From an uncultured delta proteobacterium (GTDB lineage Bacteria > Myxococcota_A > Polyangia > Polyangiales > JAFGIB01): a stretch of 64,000 nucleotides of DNA. The notes beneath the pieces are model-generated. The model was given only the letters and a program-made list of their open reading frames with translations, was not told the DNA's origin and made no database searches. The position numbers were made by a program, and so were the translations under genes. Positions within the stretch are counted from its first letter, which is position 1. Each line of letters begins with the position of its first letter. The DNA lies in contig CAVZVA010000003.1 of NCBI GenBank assembly GCA_963778655.1, positions 800,001 through 864,000 of the forward strand. The letters run 5' to 3'. Positions 49,371 through 58,946 of this stretch are shown here, piece after piece.

Positions 49371-49715
49371 CTAGCGTGTGAAAGCCCGGGGCAGGAGCAC
49401 CACCGCCTCGCTCTCGGACCCCAGCTCCATGCGGATGCAGATCTGGCAGCCGAGCCGCTGGTCGGGCCCGGCGCCGAGCTGCTGCAGAGTCGCGCGCTCC
49501 CGCTGAAGGGGCGGTTGCAACGCCTCCGCTCCAGCCACCACCTGCAACAGACAGGCCCCGCAATTGGCCGCCCGGCACGCGGTCGGCAGGCCCAGCCCGG
49601 GCTGCTCGTCGAGCGCGTCGAGCACGCGCTCACCGGCCGCCACTTGCAGCGACGCGGCCGCGGCCCCGGGCCCCAGCAGGCGCACGCGCACCGCGGCTGC
49701 GCGCGGCCCGCTCAC
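49371..49715 (-). CDS. 2Fe-2S ferredoxin-like protein
   Basis: TACRAANCGAC ... RLGCQ; GTGA overlap with the upstream TPR gene. Confidence 0.85.
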   Translation of the reverse strand: MSGPRAAAVRVRLLGPGAAAASLQVAAGERVLDALDEQPGLGLPTACRAANCGACLLQVVAGAEALQPPLQRERATLQQLGAGPDQRLGCQICIRMELGSESEAVVLLPRAFTR

Positions 49716-50440
49716 GTGGCCGGGGGCTCGGTGGTGGCCGGCGGGTTGCGCGCCATCCGCAGGTACATCTCCGCGGACTTGTTCTGGGGATCGCGCCGCA
49801 GCGCTTCCTCCCACACCTTGATCGCTTCGTGGCGCTGCCCGCTCACCAGCAGCAGCACGCCCAGCGCCACGCGCGCCGGCCCGTAGTCGGGCCGCGTCGC
49901 GATCGCTTCCTCCAGCTCGTAGCGCGCCGCGCTCAGATCGCCCATCTGCCGGTAGACCTGGGCGAGCCTGACGCGGATGTCCGCGAACTGCGGGCACAGC
50001 CGGATCGCCCCCCGATATTGCTGCACCGCCTCGTTGGCCATGTCCAGCTCGAGATAGGCGGCGGCCAGCTCGGCGTGCAGGTTGGCGATCTTGCCCTTGG
50101 CAAAGGGATCGACCTGCTGCTCGCCGCGCGCATCGCGGCGGATCGCGCCGAGATACACCTCCTGGGCGTGCTCGTAGTCGCCGAGGTCGTTGTAGGTCAC
50201 GGCGAGATTGAGCGCGGCCTCGGTGTAGCTCGGGTTGATGTCGAGCGCGCGCCGGAACGCCTCGCGCGCCTCGTCGAGCCGTCCTTTGTCATGATGGATC
50301 ACGCCCATCATGTTGTAGATGTCGGCAAAGCGCAGGCCGGAGGCTGTGAGCTTGGAGAGGTAGCGCTCGGCCTTGTCGTACTCGCGCTTCTCGTAGTGCT
50401 CTCGGCCCAGGGCCACCGCCTGTTTGAGCTTGTCGTCCAT
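49712..50440 (-). CDS. Cytoplasmic TPR protein
   Basis: Serial TPRs (FADIYNMMGVIHH, NPSYTEAALNLA, FADIRVRLA). Confidence 0.85.
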   Translation of the reverse strand: MDDKLKQAVALGREHYEKREYDKAERYLSKLTASGLRFADIYNMMGVIHHDKGRLDEAREAFRRALDINPSYTEAALNLAVTYNDLGDYEHAQEVYLGAIRRDARGEQQVDPFAKGKIANLHAELAAAYLELDMANEAVQQYRGAIRLCPQFADIRVRLAQVYRQMGDLSAARYELEEAIATRPDYGPARVALGVLLLVSGQRHEAIKVWEEALRRDPQNKSAEMYLRMARNPPATTEPPAT

Positions 50441-50510
50441 CCAGGCTCCCGGCGCCGCCACTCCCGGCTAGCTCCCGTCCACGAGCGCGCGTGCGTAAGG
50501 ACGCAGATTC

Positions 50511-50576
50511 GCAGGAAGACGGGCAGACGGGAAGGAAACGGGTGCTTTCCGTCCTCCCGTCTTGCTGTCTTCCCGT
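50511..50576. repeat. REP-like inverted-repeat element, copy C
   Basis: gcaggaag-acgggcag-acgggaag ... cctcccgt-cttgctgt-cttcccgt. Confidence 0.8.
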
Positions 50577-50709
50577 TGAGTCCTCGAGCAGGCCCGAGAA
50601 CGAGGGAATACTGCAAAGATTTCGAGGTCGTGCGACATCGCGCCAGGCCCACCGAGGCGGATCAACTGCAGCGTCCTCGGTAGAGCGTAGCCCGCCGCTG
50701 CGGCCCCAA

Positions 50710-51558
50710 TCAACCGCCGAGATCGTGCAGCTCGTCCCTGGCGTCGTCGGCGTGTGGGTCCTTGGGGTAGTGCGCGACCAGCTCCTGGAACGCGCGGCGG
50801 GCGCCCTTGGGGTCTCGCATCTGTCGATGGCTCTGGCCGAGCAGGTAGAGCGCCTCGGCGTCGAAGCCGCTGCCGGGATAGCTGCGAAGCAGGGTGTTGA
50901 GCCGACCGGCCGCCGCCCGCGGATGGCCGCGGTCGAAGTAGAACTTCGCCACGTACATCTCGTGCGCCGCCAGCAGATGGACCACGGCCTGCGCCATGCG
51001 CTGCGCCCGCGGCACCAGCTGGTCGTCCGGGAAGTCCAGGATGAAGCGACGCAGCAGGCTCAGGCTCTCGTGCGCGTAGTGCTGGTCGCGCTCGTAGGCG
51101 GGCGGCGACAGCAGCCACTCGCTGGGGATCTGCTTGTAGTTCGCCAGCGCCGCCATGAAGCGGGCGTACGGCACCTCGGGGTGCGAGGGGCGGTAGCGCA
51201 CGAACTGGTTGTAGCCCTCAATCGCCTCCAGGTACTTGCCGTCCTTGAGGTTGCAGTCGGCGATGCGCAGGTCCGCGAGCGCGGCGAAACGACTGTAGGG
51301 GTAGTTGCGCCGTACGTTGCGAAGCAACGGCCCGGCCTCGAAGCAGTCGTCGTCGTAGAACTCGTCGAGCGCCTGGGCATAGGCGTTGCGAGCGTTGGCC
51401 GCGTAGCTGAGCTTGCCGCTGGCGTTGCCGCCGGCGCAGCCGCCCCCGGCGCCCGCGCAAAGGACGCAGAGCCAGAGTGGGGCCAGCCCGCGGCGGCCCG
51501 GTGCCAGCGCGGCGAGCAGGCGCAGGGGGGGCGTGAGCGCGTGCGAGGTGGATGACAC
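50710..51558 (-). CDS. bamD: Outer membrane protein assembly factor BamD
   Basis: YPYSRFAALADLRIAD, FVRYRPSHPEVPYA, ERDQ, LAAHEMYVAKFY; start uncertain. Confidence 0.88.
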   Translation of the reverse strand: MSSTSHALTPPLRLLAALAPGRRGLAPLWLCVLCAGAGGGCAGGNASGKLSYAANARNAYAQALDEFYDDDCFEAGPLLRNVRRNYPYSRFAALADLRIADCNLKDGKYLEAIEGYNQFVRYRPSHPEVPYARFMAALANYKQIPSEWLLSPPAYERDQHYAHESLSLLRRFILDFPDDQLVPRAQRMAQAVVHLLAAHEMYVAKFYFDRGHPRAAAGRLNTLLRSYPGSGFDAEALYLLGQSHRQMRDPKGARRAFQELVAHYPKDPHADDARDELHDLGG

Positions 51559-51735
51559 GCTGCGTGCTCTACCCCGTTCGAGAGCCCATTTCCACTTGCC
51601 CGTGGCCGGGGTAAAACCGGCCTCCGGGTCGCGACTCGCGCCCGCATGGCGGGGCTGAACAAAGCCGTGCCGCCACCCGTCGCAGCCGGGGGATCGAGGC
51701 CGCACCCGAATACTCCGGGCATCAAGGTAAAACAC

Positions 51736-53016
51736 GTGAAAATTCGCGCGGTTATGCTGCTAGTCGGGGTCTCGATGGTGGGCTCGCTGGGGGCCGCCCC
51801 TGCGCACGCCCAGGAAACCGCCCTGCCGGCGTTGCGCGAGGCCGCCAGGCAGGCGCCGTCGGACCTTTCGGCGCAGCGTGCCCTGGGGCGGGCGCTGATC
51901 GCCGCCGGCCGGCTCAAGGAAGCCGCGGCCCAGATGGCAATCGTGGAGCGCCTATCCAAGGGCTCGATCGAGGGCATGTACGAGGCGATGCGCCCGCTGC
52001 TCGCGTCGGAAAGCTACGCGCGCGCGCGCGCTGGCTGCGCGCGCTTGATCAAGAAGGCGCCCAAGCACGTGCTGTCGCAGGTGTGCATGGCGCGCGCGTT
52101 TCTGGTGTGGCGCCGCAGCTCGCGCGCCTTCGACTACATCGACAAGGCGCTCGCGGCCGACCCGAACAACTTCGAGGCGCAGCTCGTGCTGGCGGACGCC
52201 AAGCGCATCGAAGGCCGCTTCGGCGAGGCAGTCCAGGCCTACCAGCGCGCGCTGCAGCTCGACCCGAGCAGTGCACAGGCGCAGCTCGGGCTAGGGCTCA
52301 CCTACGCGCTGCAGAACAAGCCGGCGGACGCGCTTTCGGCGTTGCGCAAGGCCAGCACGCTCGACCCGCGCGATCCCGACGTGCAGTACCAGCTGGGACG
52401 CAGGCTGGAGGGCCCGCAAGCGGTGGCGCTGCTGCAACAAGCCGTGGCCGGTCGCCCGGGCTGGCTGGACGCCGAGCGCGAGCTGGCGACGGCCCAGCTG
52501 CACGCCGGCGACGCCCAGGGCGCCGACGTAGGGCTGCTGGCGCTGCTCAAGCGCAAGCCCGACGACCCGATTGCCACGGCCCAGCACGGCGCCGCGCTGG
52601 TCGCGCTCGGCCGCTACGACGAGGCCGAGCCGGTGCTGCGCAAGGCACTCAAGCTGGTGCCCAACGACTACGACACCTCCTTCGCGCTGGCTCAGCTCTA
52701 CGAGCGGACCAAGCGCTACGAGGAGGCGTTCGCCCAGTACCGCAACGCTGCCGATCTGAAGCGCGAGAGCCCGGCGCCGCTGATCGCGGCGGCCAGGCTG
52801 GGCCTGTCGCTGGGGCGGCCGACGCTCTCGAGCGCCTTGCTCGACAAGGCGCTCGAGCGGACCCCGCGCTCGGCGGAAGCGCTGGCGCTGTACGGTGACG
52901 CCCTGGCTGCGCGGGGCGACGTCAAAGGCGCGCGCAACCGTTACGAGCGTGCGCTGCAGGGCGAGGGCCCGCTCGATCGCGCAGCGGTGCAGAAGCGCCT
53001 GGCCGCGCTCAAGTGA
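51736..53016 (+). CDS. Secreted TPR protein
   Basis: Signal peptide ending APAHA-Q; serial TPRs. Confidence 0.8.
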   Translation: MKIRAVMLLVGVSMVGSLGAAPAHAQETALPALREAARQAPSDLSAQRALGRALIAAGRLKEAAAQMAIVERLSKGSIEGMYEAMRPLLASESYARARAGCARLIKKAPKHVLSQVCMARAFLVWRRSSRAFDYIDKALAADPNNFEAQLVLADAKRIEGRFGEAVQAYQRALQLDPSSAQAQLGLGLTYALQNKPADALSALRKASTLDPRDPDVQYQLGRRLEGPQAVALLQQAVAGRPGWLDAERELATAQLHAGDAQGADVGLLALLKRKPDDPIATAQHGAALVALGRYDEAEPVLRKALKLVPNDYDTSFALAQLYERTKRYEEAFAQYRNAADLKRESPAPLIAAARLGLSLGRPTLSSALLDKALERTPRSAEALALYGDALAARGDVKGARNRYERALQGEGPLDRAAVQKRLAALK

Positions 53017-53035
53017 CCGACCCGCGGCAGATACA

Positions 53036-53086
53036 ACGGGAAGACGGGCAGCACAGCAATTTTGCCTGCCCTTCCCGTCCTCCGGC
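53036..53086. repeat. REP-like inverted-repeat element, copy D (degenerate)
   Basis: gcagataca-acgggaag-acgggcag ... cttcccgt-cctccggc. Confidence 0.65.
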
Positions 53087-53149
53087 CTGCTGGGCCTCGA
53101 TCGCTGCCTCGCGCGTGACGAGAGGCGCTGATGGTGTAGATTGCGGCGC

Positions 53150-53515
53150 GTGCGCACCGAGATCGCCCGCAGCTATGACATCGAGGCGGCCCATCGCTTG
53201 CCGAACGTGCCCGCCGGCCACAAGTGCGCGCGGCTGCACGGGCACAGCTTCAAGATCACGCTGCACGTGACCGGCGAGGTCGACGCCGAACGGGGCTGGA
53301 TCCTCGACTTCGCTGCGGTCGATCGGGCGTTCGAGCCGCTGTTCTCGCAGCTCGACCACAACTACCTCAACGAGGTGTCGGGGCTCGACAACCCCACCAG
53401 CGAGGTGCTGGCGCACTGGGTGCTGGAGCGGCTGCGGCTTCCTGCGGGTCGGCTCTGCGCGGTCACGGTGGGCGAGACCTGCAACGCGCGTTGCACGGTG
53501 TATGCCGATCCATAG
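53150..53515 (+). CDS. queD: 6-carboxytetrahydropterin synthase QueD
   Basis: EAAHRLPNVPAGHKCARLHGHSF, DHNYLNEV.GLDNPTSE, ET. Confidence 0.93.
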   Translation: MRTEIARSYDIEAAHRLPNVPAGHKCARLHGHSFKITLHVTGEVDAERGWILDFAAVDRAFEPLFSQLDHNYLNEVSGLDNPTSEVLAHWVLERLRLPAGRLCAVTVGETCNARCTVYADP

Positions 53516-54287
53516 CGACGGCCGGCCGCGGCGCGTGCTCGGTGCCGCGCTGGCCTCGGCGCGCACTGCGGCGCTCGGAGCATGGACGATCGGAGTGGGT
53601 CAGGCGGCCTTGCTGCACGCGCGCATCGCGCCGGGCGCGCCTCAAATCACGCTGCGCCAGCGCTGGGTTCAGCTGTGGGCGCGCGGGCTGCTGCGCGTGT
53701 TCGGCGTCGAGCAACGCTGGCTGGCGCTCGCCGATGAGCGGCAGGGCCCGGCCGGACCGCGGCTGGTGGTCGCGAACCACCGCTCGCCGCTCGACATCAT
53801 CCTGATGCTCGGGCACTTCCGCGGCTCGGTGCTGGGGCGGCACGACCTCGAGGGCTGGCCCGTGCTCGGTTGGGCCGCGCGACACGGCGGAACCATTTTC
53901 GTCGATCGCGAGGACGCGCGCAGCGGGGTCAAGGCGATCCGCGAGATCCGGCGGCGATTGTCCGGCGGCCAAACCGTGATCGTCTTCCCCGAGGGCACCA
54001 CGCACGGCGGCGACCAGGTGCGCCCTTTTCAGGGCGGCGCATTCGCGGCGGTGCGGGGCCTGCAGGCCGAGCTGGTGCCAGTGGGAATCGCGTACGAGCC
54101 GGGCTCCGAGTTCGTGGAGGAGAGCTTCGGCCGGCACCTGGGACGGATGGCGCAGCGCAGCAAGACGCGTGTCGCGCTGTGCGTGGGGCAACCGCGTCCG
54201 GCACAGGGCAACCGCGAGGCCATGGCCGCGCAGATGCACGACGACGTCCAGGCCCTGGTACACAAGGCGCGCGCAGCACTGGGCTGA
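53502..54287 (+). CDS. Lysophospholipid acyltransferase (PlsC family)
   Basis: VANHRSPLD, FVDR, FPEGT. Confidence 0.9.
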   Translation: MPIHSDGRPRRVLGAALASARTAALGAWTIGVGQAALLHARIAPGAPQITLRQRWVQLWARGLLRVFGVEQRWLALADERQGPAGPRLVVANHRSPLDIILMLGHFRGSVLGRHDLEGWPVLGWAARHGGTIFVDREDARSGVKAIREIRRRLSGGQTVIVFPEGTTHGGDQVRPFQGGAFAAVRGLQAELVPVGIAYEPGSEFVEESFGRHLGRMAQRSKTRVALCVGQPRPAQGNREAMAAQMHDDVQALVHKARAALG

Positions 54288-54501
54288 TTCGCGAGCCGAC
54301 GCTCCCGCGTGCGCAGCATGTGCTGCATCGCCTTGCTGCGCGCGGAGGACTAGGGGCGGGTGCGGGTGGCCGGTGGTCATCCGCAGCGAGTGGGATGGAC
54401 GCGCCGCAACGCGTCGCAAACTGGACCCCGCCGCGAGGACTTGAATACCTGGGCCGTTCACGCGTACAAGCCAGAAGGCGGTCAAAGGAGGAAATGGCCC
54501 C

Positions 54502-54888
54502 ATGATCCAGCATCTCGCCGCGCTCCTGTTGTTGGCCGCCGTGCCCGCGATCGCGCCGCAGCCGGCCGCCGTGGGCCCGCTGCGCGTGGCTGCACCGCCC
54601 AAGAAGCCTCCCGCGGCCGACAAGCCGGCGCCCCCCGAGCAGCCCGCGATGAGCTGCGTGCTGCGCACTCCAGAGGGGCCGCGCGGAGGCCGGCTCGAGA
54701 TCGAAGGCCGTGGCTTCGGCCAGGCCCCACTGGTGCGCATCGCGGGCAAGGTGACGCGGATGCTCGAGCGCACGGAGACCAAGATCTCGGTGCAGATCCC
54801 CGCCGATTCCGACGGCGGCCTGGTCACCGTGAGCTCGGGCAAGACCGAGATCCCCTGCGGCACGCTGACCATCATTGGCAAGGACTGA
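54502..54888 (+). CDS. Secreted IPT/TIG-like domain protein
   Basis: AAGGAGG RBS; signal peptide; PEGPRGGRLEIEGRGFG...TKISVQIP...GLVTVS. Confidence 0.7.
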   Translation: MIQHLAALLLLAAVPAIAPQPAAVGPLRVAAPPKKPPAADKPAPPEQPAMSCVLRTPEGPRGGRLEIEGRGFGQAPLVRIAGKVTRMLERTETKISVQIPADSDGGLVTVSSGKTEIPCGTLTIIGKD

Positions 54889-55044
54889 CGTAACCGGGAG
54901 GGTGACGCGTCCGGGGCGTGCGCGCGGAAGCAAGTTTCTGCTTCCGGAACGCAAGATCAGTACAGGCCTCGGTTAATTTCACCGCGCGACATCACCCCAC
55001 TACCATCGACAGACGTCGGCCGCACGAACGGTCGCTTCCAGTCG

Positions 55045-57309
55045 ATGTTCCAAGACAACTCTCACGAAATCGGTTTCGGTCGCCCGCACCCTTCCCTGCT
55101 CGCCGCGAGCGATCGAGCGCACGAGTTGCGCGAGCTGCTGCTCGGCGAGGATTGCTCGCTGCGCGAGCTGCCTGCGCTGCCGGACTTGATCGCGGGCCTC
55201 GCGGCGCTCGCGGGCGGCGTGCGGCGCAAAGTGGTGCTGGCGCTCAGCGATGAGCCGGCCGAGATCGCGCTGGTGAGGTGCGGCAGCCAGGTGCAGGTCG
55301 AGTGCTACAGCACCGAGAGCAAGCCGGAGATCTACCTGCTGGCGCGGCGCATCAGTCTGCGCCAGCTGCTCGATACCTGCGCGGAAGCGGCGGAACCGCC
55401 GGCACACGGCGAGCCCGATGCGACCTCCGGCGCCGTGCTGCAGCAGCTGCGCGAGCGCATCGAGCAGACGGCGATCGCGCCCGATCCTCACCTTGGCCTG
55501 CGACCCTTGCGCTATAGCGGCGGCAGCCTGGAGAGCCCGGGCGCGGAGGTGCCGCTGGCGTTCGGCTTCTGCGCCGAGATCGTGCCCGCAGTCGACGCCG
55601 CGCCCGAATCCCACGCCTTCGACGACGTGCACGCCCTGCTCTTCCACGGCAGCTTGTGGGCGTTCGCGGCCGGCAAGCGCATCGCGGTGCTCGAGGGGCC
55701 GCTGATGCTCGCGGCCCAGCGCATGGTGGCGGCGGTCCGCGCGCTTTGCGACGCCTGGCAGGCCGGTCGCAACATGCACGTGCGCTTGCGCAGCGGCGGC
55801 TTCTGGATCGCGGTGCGGCAAGAACGCGGCGGCGAGGTGACGCTGACGCTGAGCGGCGGGGGCGGAGAGCCGGTCACCTGGCCCGCGCTCGATGTGCACG
55901 CAGCAGCGCTGCCCATTTTGCGCCTGTGCTCGGACCTGATCCGCAAGCTGATCGCGCACGACCGGCGCCAGCGCCACAACCTGCGGGTCGCCGCGCTGCG
56001 CGCCGAAATCCGCGCGCTGCGTCGCATCATCGGCGCTCGCGCCCGGCGCGAGAGCTTCGAAAACGCCGACCCCGAGCGGCTGCGCCTGGCCGCGCCAGAG
56101 CCGCAGCCGCGCGCGCGCCTGAGCCTGACCGGCTTGATGCGGCAACCGACGCCGTTGCGTTACACCGAGCGCTGGAGCGTCGAGGTCGATGGCCTCGACG
56201 CGGGCGCGGTGTATCTGTGTGGCGAGCGCATGGTGGTAGCGGCGCAGAAGCTGACCCTCGCGTTCAGCCGTAGCGCCGGCGACGTGTTGTGGTCGTATCC
56301 GAGCGCAGGCGCGACCACGATGATGGCCGGGCACACGCTGCTGCGGCTGTTCCCCGACGGCTCGCTGGAGCTGCACGGGGTCGAGGACGGCACGGTTCGC
56401 GCTCGCGCGCAGCTCACGAGTCGCGCGGGCGTCGAAGGTCCGGCGCTGTCGGTGGGCGGCGGCGGCTTGCCGCCGATGGCGATCCTGACCGAAGGCGGAC
56501 GGCAGCTGTGCGCCATCGATCTGCGCACTGGGCAACCGCGCTGGCGCTTTCGCGCGCACGGGCCGGGCGGGCTGCAACTCACGCGCAGCGGGCGCGTGCT
56601 GTGCGTGACTTCCGGCGACGGCACCGTCGACGCGCTCGACGTGACCACCGGCGAGGTGGTATGGCGCTTCGGCGACGACGCGCGCTTCGCGCTCAAGCCC
56701 GCGATCTGCCGCGAGGTGGTGATCGCGGTCGCGGGCGAGCCACGCGGCGGCGGCGGCGCGGTCTACGGCATCGAGCTGTACAGCGGCAAGCGCTTGTGGC
56801 GGCGCGAGCTGCCGGCCGCGCCCAGCGGCGATCCGCTGGACGCCGCCGAGGCGGCGATTGTGGCCTATGGGCGCTCGCGCCAGGCGCGCTTGCTGGCCCT
56901 GGAACCGCACACCGGCAACCCGCTGTTCGACCAGGCCGACCCAGGACTCGACAACGGCGGCCAAGGACTGTACCTGGACGGCGCGTTGATCGTGAACACG
57001 CCCTCGGGACGCGTGCTGGCGCTCGACCTGCGCAGCGGCGAGCCGCGCTGGCAGCGCGCACTGTCCAATCCGCTGACCGACGACGTTCCCCGTCAGCTAG
57101 AGCCGGTGGTGAGACAGAGCGCGCTGTTCGTACCGTCGGCGCAGGTTCACGTGCTGCGACCCCACGACGGGGATCCCTTGTGCCAGGTCGGATGCGATCT
57201 GGTGCCCGACTATCTGCGCGTGGACGAGCGCGGCTGGTTGTACGTGGCCGAGGAGAGCGGCCACCTGCGCGCCTACGCCGCCGCGCCGCACCTGTCGCTC
57301 GTCCGCTGA
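55045..57309 (+). CDS. PQQ-like beta-propeller repeat protein with unknown N-terminal domain
   Basis: Repeats AIDLRTGQPRWRF, ALDVTTGEVVWRF, ALDLRSGEPRWQR; no signal peptide. Confidence 0.8.
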   Translation: MFQDNSHEIGFGRPHPSLLAASDRAHELRELLLGEDCSLRELPALPDLIAGLAALAGGVRRKVVLALSDEPAEIALVRCGSQVQVECYSTESKPEIYLLARRISLRQLLDTCAEAAEPPAHGEPDATSGAVLQQLRERIEQTAIAPDPHLGLRPLRYSGGSLESPGAEVPLAFGFCAEIVPAVDAAPESHAFDDVHALLFHGSLWAFAAGKRIAVLEGPLMLAAQRMVAAVRALCDAWQAGRNMHVRLRSGGFWIAVRQERGGEVTLTLSGGGGEPVTWPALDVHAAALPILRLCSDLIRKLIAHDRRQRHNLRVAALRAEIRALRRIIGARARRESFENADPERLRLAAPEPQPRARLSLTGLMRQPTPLRYTERWSVEVDGLDAGAVYLCGERMVVAAQKLTLAFSRSAGDVLWSYPSAGATTMMAGHTLLRLFPDGSLELHGVEDGTVRARAQLTSRAGVEGPALSVGGGGLPPMAILTEGGRQLCAIDLRTGQPRWRFRAHGPGGLQLTRSGRVLCVTSGDGTVDALDVTTGEVVWRFGDDARFALKPAICREVVIAVAGEPRGGGGAVYGIELYSGKRLWRRELPAAPSGDPLDAAEAAIVAYGRSRQARLLALEPHTGNPLFDQADPGLDNGGQGLYLDGALIVNTPSGRVLALDLRSGEPRWQRALSNPLTDDVPRQLEPVVRQSALFVPSAQVHVLRPHDGDPLCQVGCDLVPDYLRVDERGWLYVAEESGHLRAYAAAPHLSLVR

Positions 57310-57360
57310 AGCCAGCATCGCGAGCACGCGGCCTCGGTGCGAAGTCGGCGGCGCCGCAGC

Positions 57361-57415
57361 AATTCACGAGACGACGGGAAGCCCAAGTGCATCTTCCCGC
57401 CTTCCTGTTGCATCT
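57361..57415. repeat. REP-like inverted-repeat element, copy E
   Basis: acgagacg-acgggaag ... cttcccgc-cttcctgt-tgcatct. Confidence 0.7.
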
Positions 57416-57492
57416 ATGCCCCCACCCTACAGCCGGCAATGCTGCACGCCCGCGAAGACGGAAGGCCGCGTTCCTGTTGCATCTGCCCCGCG

Positions 57493-58309
57493 TTACAACC
57501 GGCGGTGTTGCAGGCTCGGCAGGGCTTTGCGCACGCGGGCGACCACGTCGGGCTCGATGCTCGCGAGCGCGTAGCCCTCGCCCTCGCCGTGCTCGGCGAG
57601 CACCGTTCCCCAGGGATCGCAGATCAGCGCATGGCCGTAGGACACGCGCTGGCCGAAGTGGCGGCCGGTCTGGGCGGCGGCGATCACGTAGCACTGCGCC
57701 TCGATCGCGCGCGCGCGCAGCAGCACGTGCCAGTGGTCCTTGCCCGTGGTCAGCGTGAACGCCGCCGGCACGGTCAGCGCGATCGCGCCACGGTCGACCA
57801 GCGCGCGGTACAGCTCAGGAAAGCGCAGGTCGTAGCACACCGACAAGCCCAGCTTGCCGAACGCGGTATCGGTCACCACCGGCTCTGCACCAGGCTCCAC
57901 GCTGGCCGACTCCCGCAGGCTGGTGCCGTCGGGGAGATCGACGTCGAAGAGGTGGATCTTGCGGTATACGGCCCGGATCGCACCGTCGGTGCCGAGGTGC
58001 ACGCAGGCGTTGCGCACCTTGTTCGGTTCGCTCGCGCGTTCCCAGAACCCGCCCAGCACGAGCTCGGCCGCGCGCGCGCGCGCCAGCGCCGCGAAGCGCG
58101 CCAGGATCGGGCCGCCCTGGGGCAGCGGCTCGGCCACCCCGAGCTTCAGCTGCTCGGGTCCGAGCAGCGCGAAGCACTCGGGCAGGACCACCAGTCTGGC
58201 ACCGTCTTCGATCGCCTCGCTGCACAGGCGCTCGGCAGTGGTCAGATTGCGCTCCAGGTTCTCGGTCGACGTCATCTGTACGGCCGCGACCTTGATTCTT
58301 GCTCGCCAT
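57493..58309 (-). CDS. Carbon-nitrogen hydrolase (Nit1-like), with a +1 frameshift near the 5' end
   Basis: E-K-C triad VLPECF, YRKIHLFD, VCYDLRFPE; removing one base at about 58296 restores MASKIKVAAVQMTS. Confidence 0.9.
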
Positions 58310-58353
58310 GCGCCTTGACCTCGCAGACAACACGCGCGCCGTCAAGCGGTCGC

Positions 58354-58851
58354 TCAGCGCCGGCTCGGGACAGGCGCGGAGCGGAGCTCGCGCAGCGCCG
58401 AGAGCACGTTCTCCAGGTGCATGGCGATGCGGAACTCATGGTCGAAGCGGCCGATCACGTAGCCCTCGGGATCGATCAGGAAGGTGACGCGCTTGGCCAC
58501 CGGCCACAACCGGCGGTCGACGGCGTAGGCGCGGCAGATGGCCGCGTCGGCGTCCGAGACGATCGGAAAGCGGACCTCGTAATCGCTGGCAAACTTGCAC
58601 TGCACGACTTCGGTGTCGCGGCTCACCCCGAGCACATCCGCGCCCAGGGCCTGCAGCTCCGTGTGATGGTCGCGAAACAGGATCGTCTCCTGCGTGCAGC
58701 CTGGAGTGAACGACTTGGGATAGAAGTAGAGCACCAGGTACTTGCCGCGGTAGTCCGCGAGGTTGACGCTCTGACCGGTCGAGGACTTGGCGACGAACAG
58801 CGGCGCTTTGAAGCGCTGGCGCACCGAGCCGAAGAGCTCCATCGGGCTCAT
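58354..58851 (-). CDS. bcp: Peroxiredoxin (BCP/PrxQ type)
   Basis: LYFYPKSFTPGCTQE, VLGVSRD, RVTFLIDPEG. Confidence 0.9.
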   Translation of the reverse strand: MSPMELFGSVRQRFKAPLFVAKSSTGQSVNLADYRGKYLVLYFYPKSFTPGCTQETILFRDHHTELQALGADVLGVSRDTEVVQCKFASDYEVRFPIVSDADAAICRAYAVDRRLWPVAKRVTFLIDPEGYVIGRFDHEFRIAMHLENVLSALRELRSAPVPSRR

Positions 58852-58946
58852 TGTCCGGGACAACGCGGTGCAGCACAACCTCGCCGGCTCGGCAAACCCG
58901 GGTAGGTCGCAGCCCCGCGCACACGAGGCCCCCCGGCCCCCACACC

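Noticed and set aside
53150..53515. queD as part of a 7-deazaguanine DNA modification (dpd) island
   Set aside because: No dpdA/tgt, queC, queE or folE neighbours; context is housekeeping
54288..54501. GC-rich hairpins as a riboswitch or ncRNA
   Set aside because: No conserved aptamer motif recognised; compatible with chance pairing or a terminator
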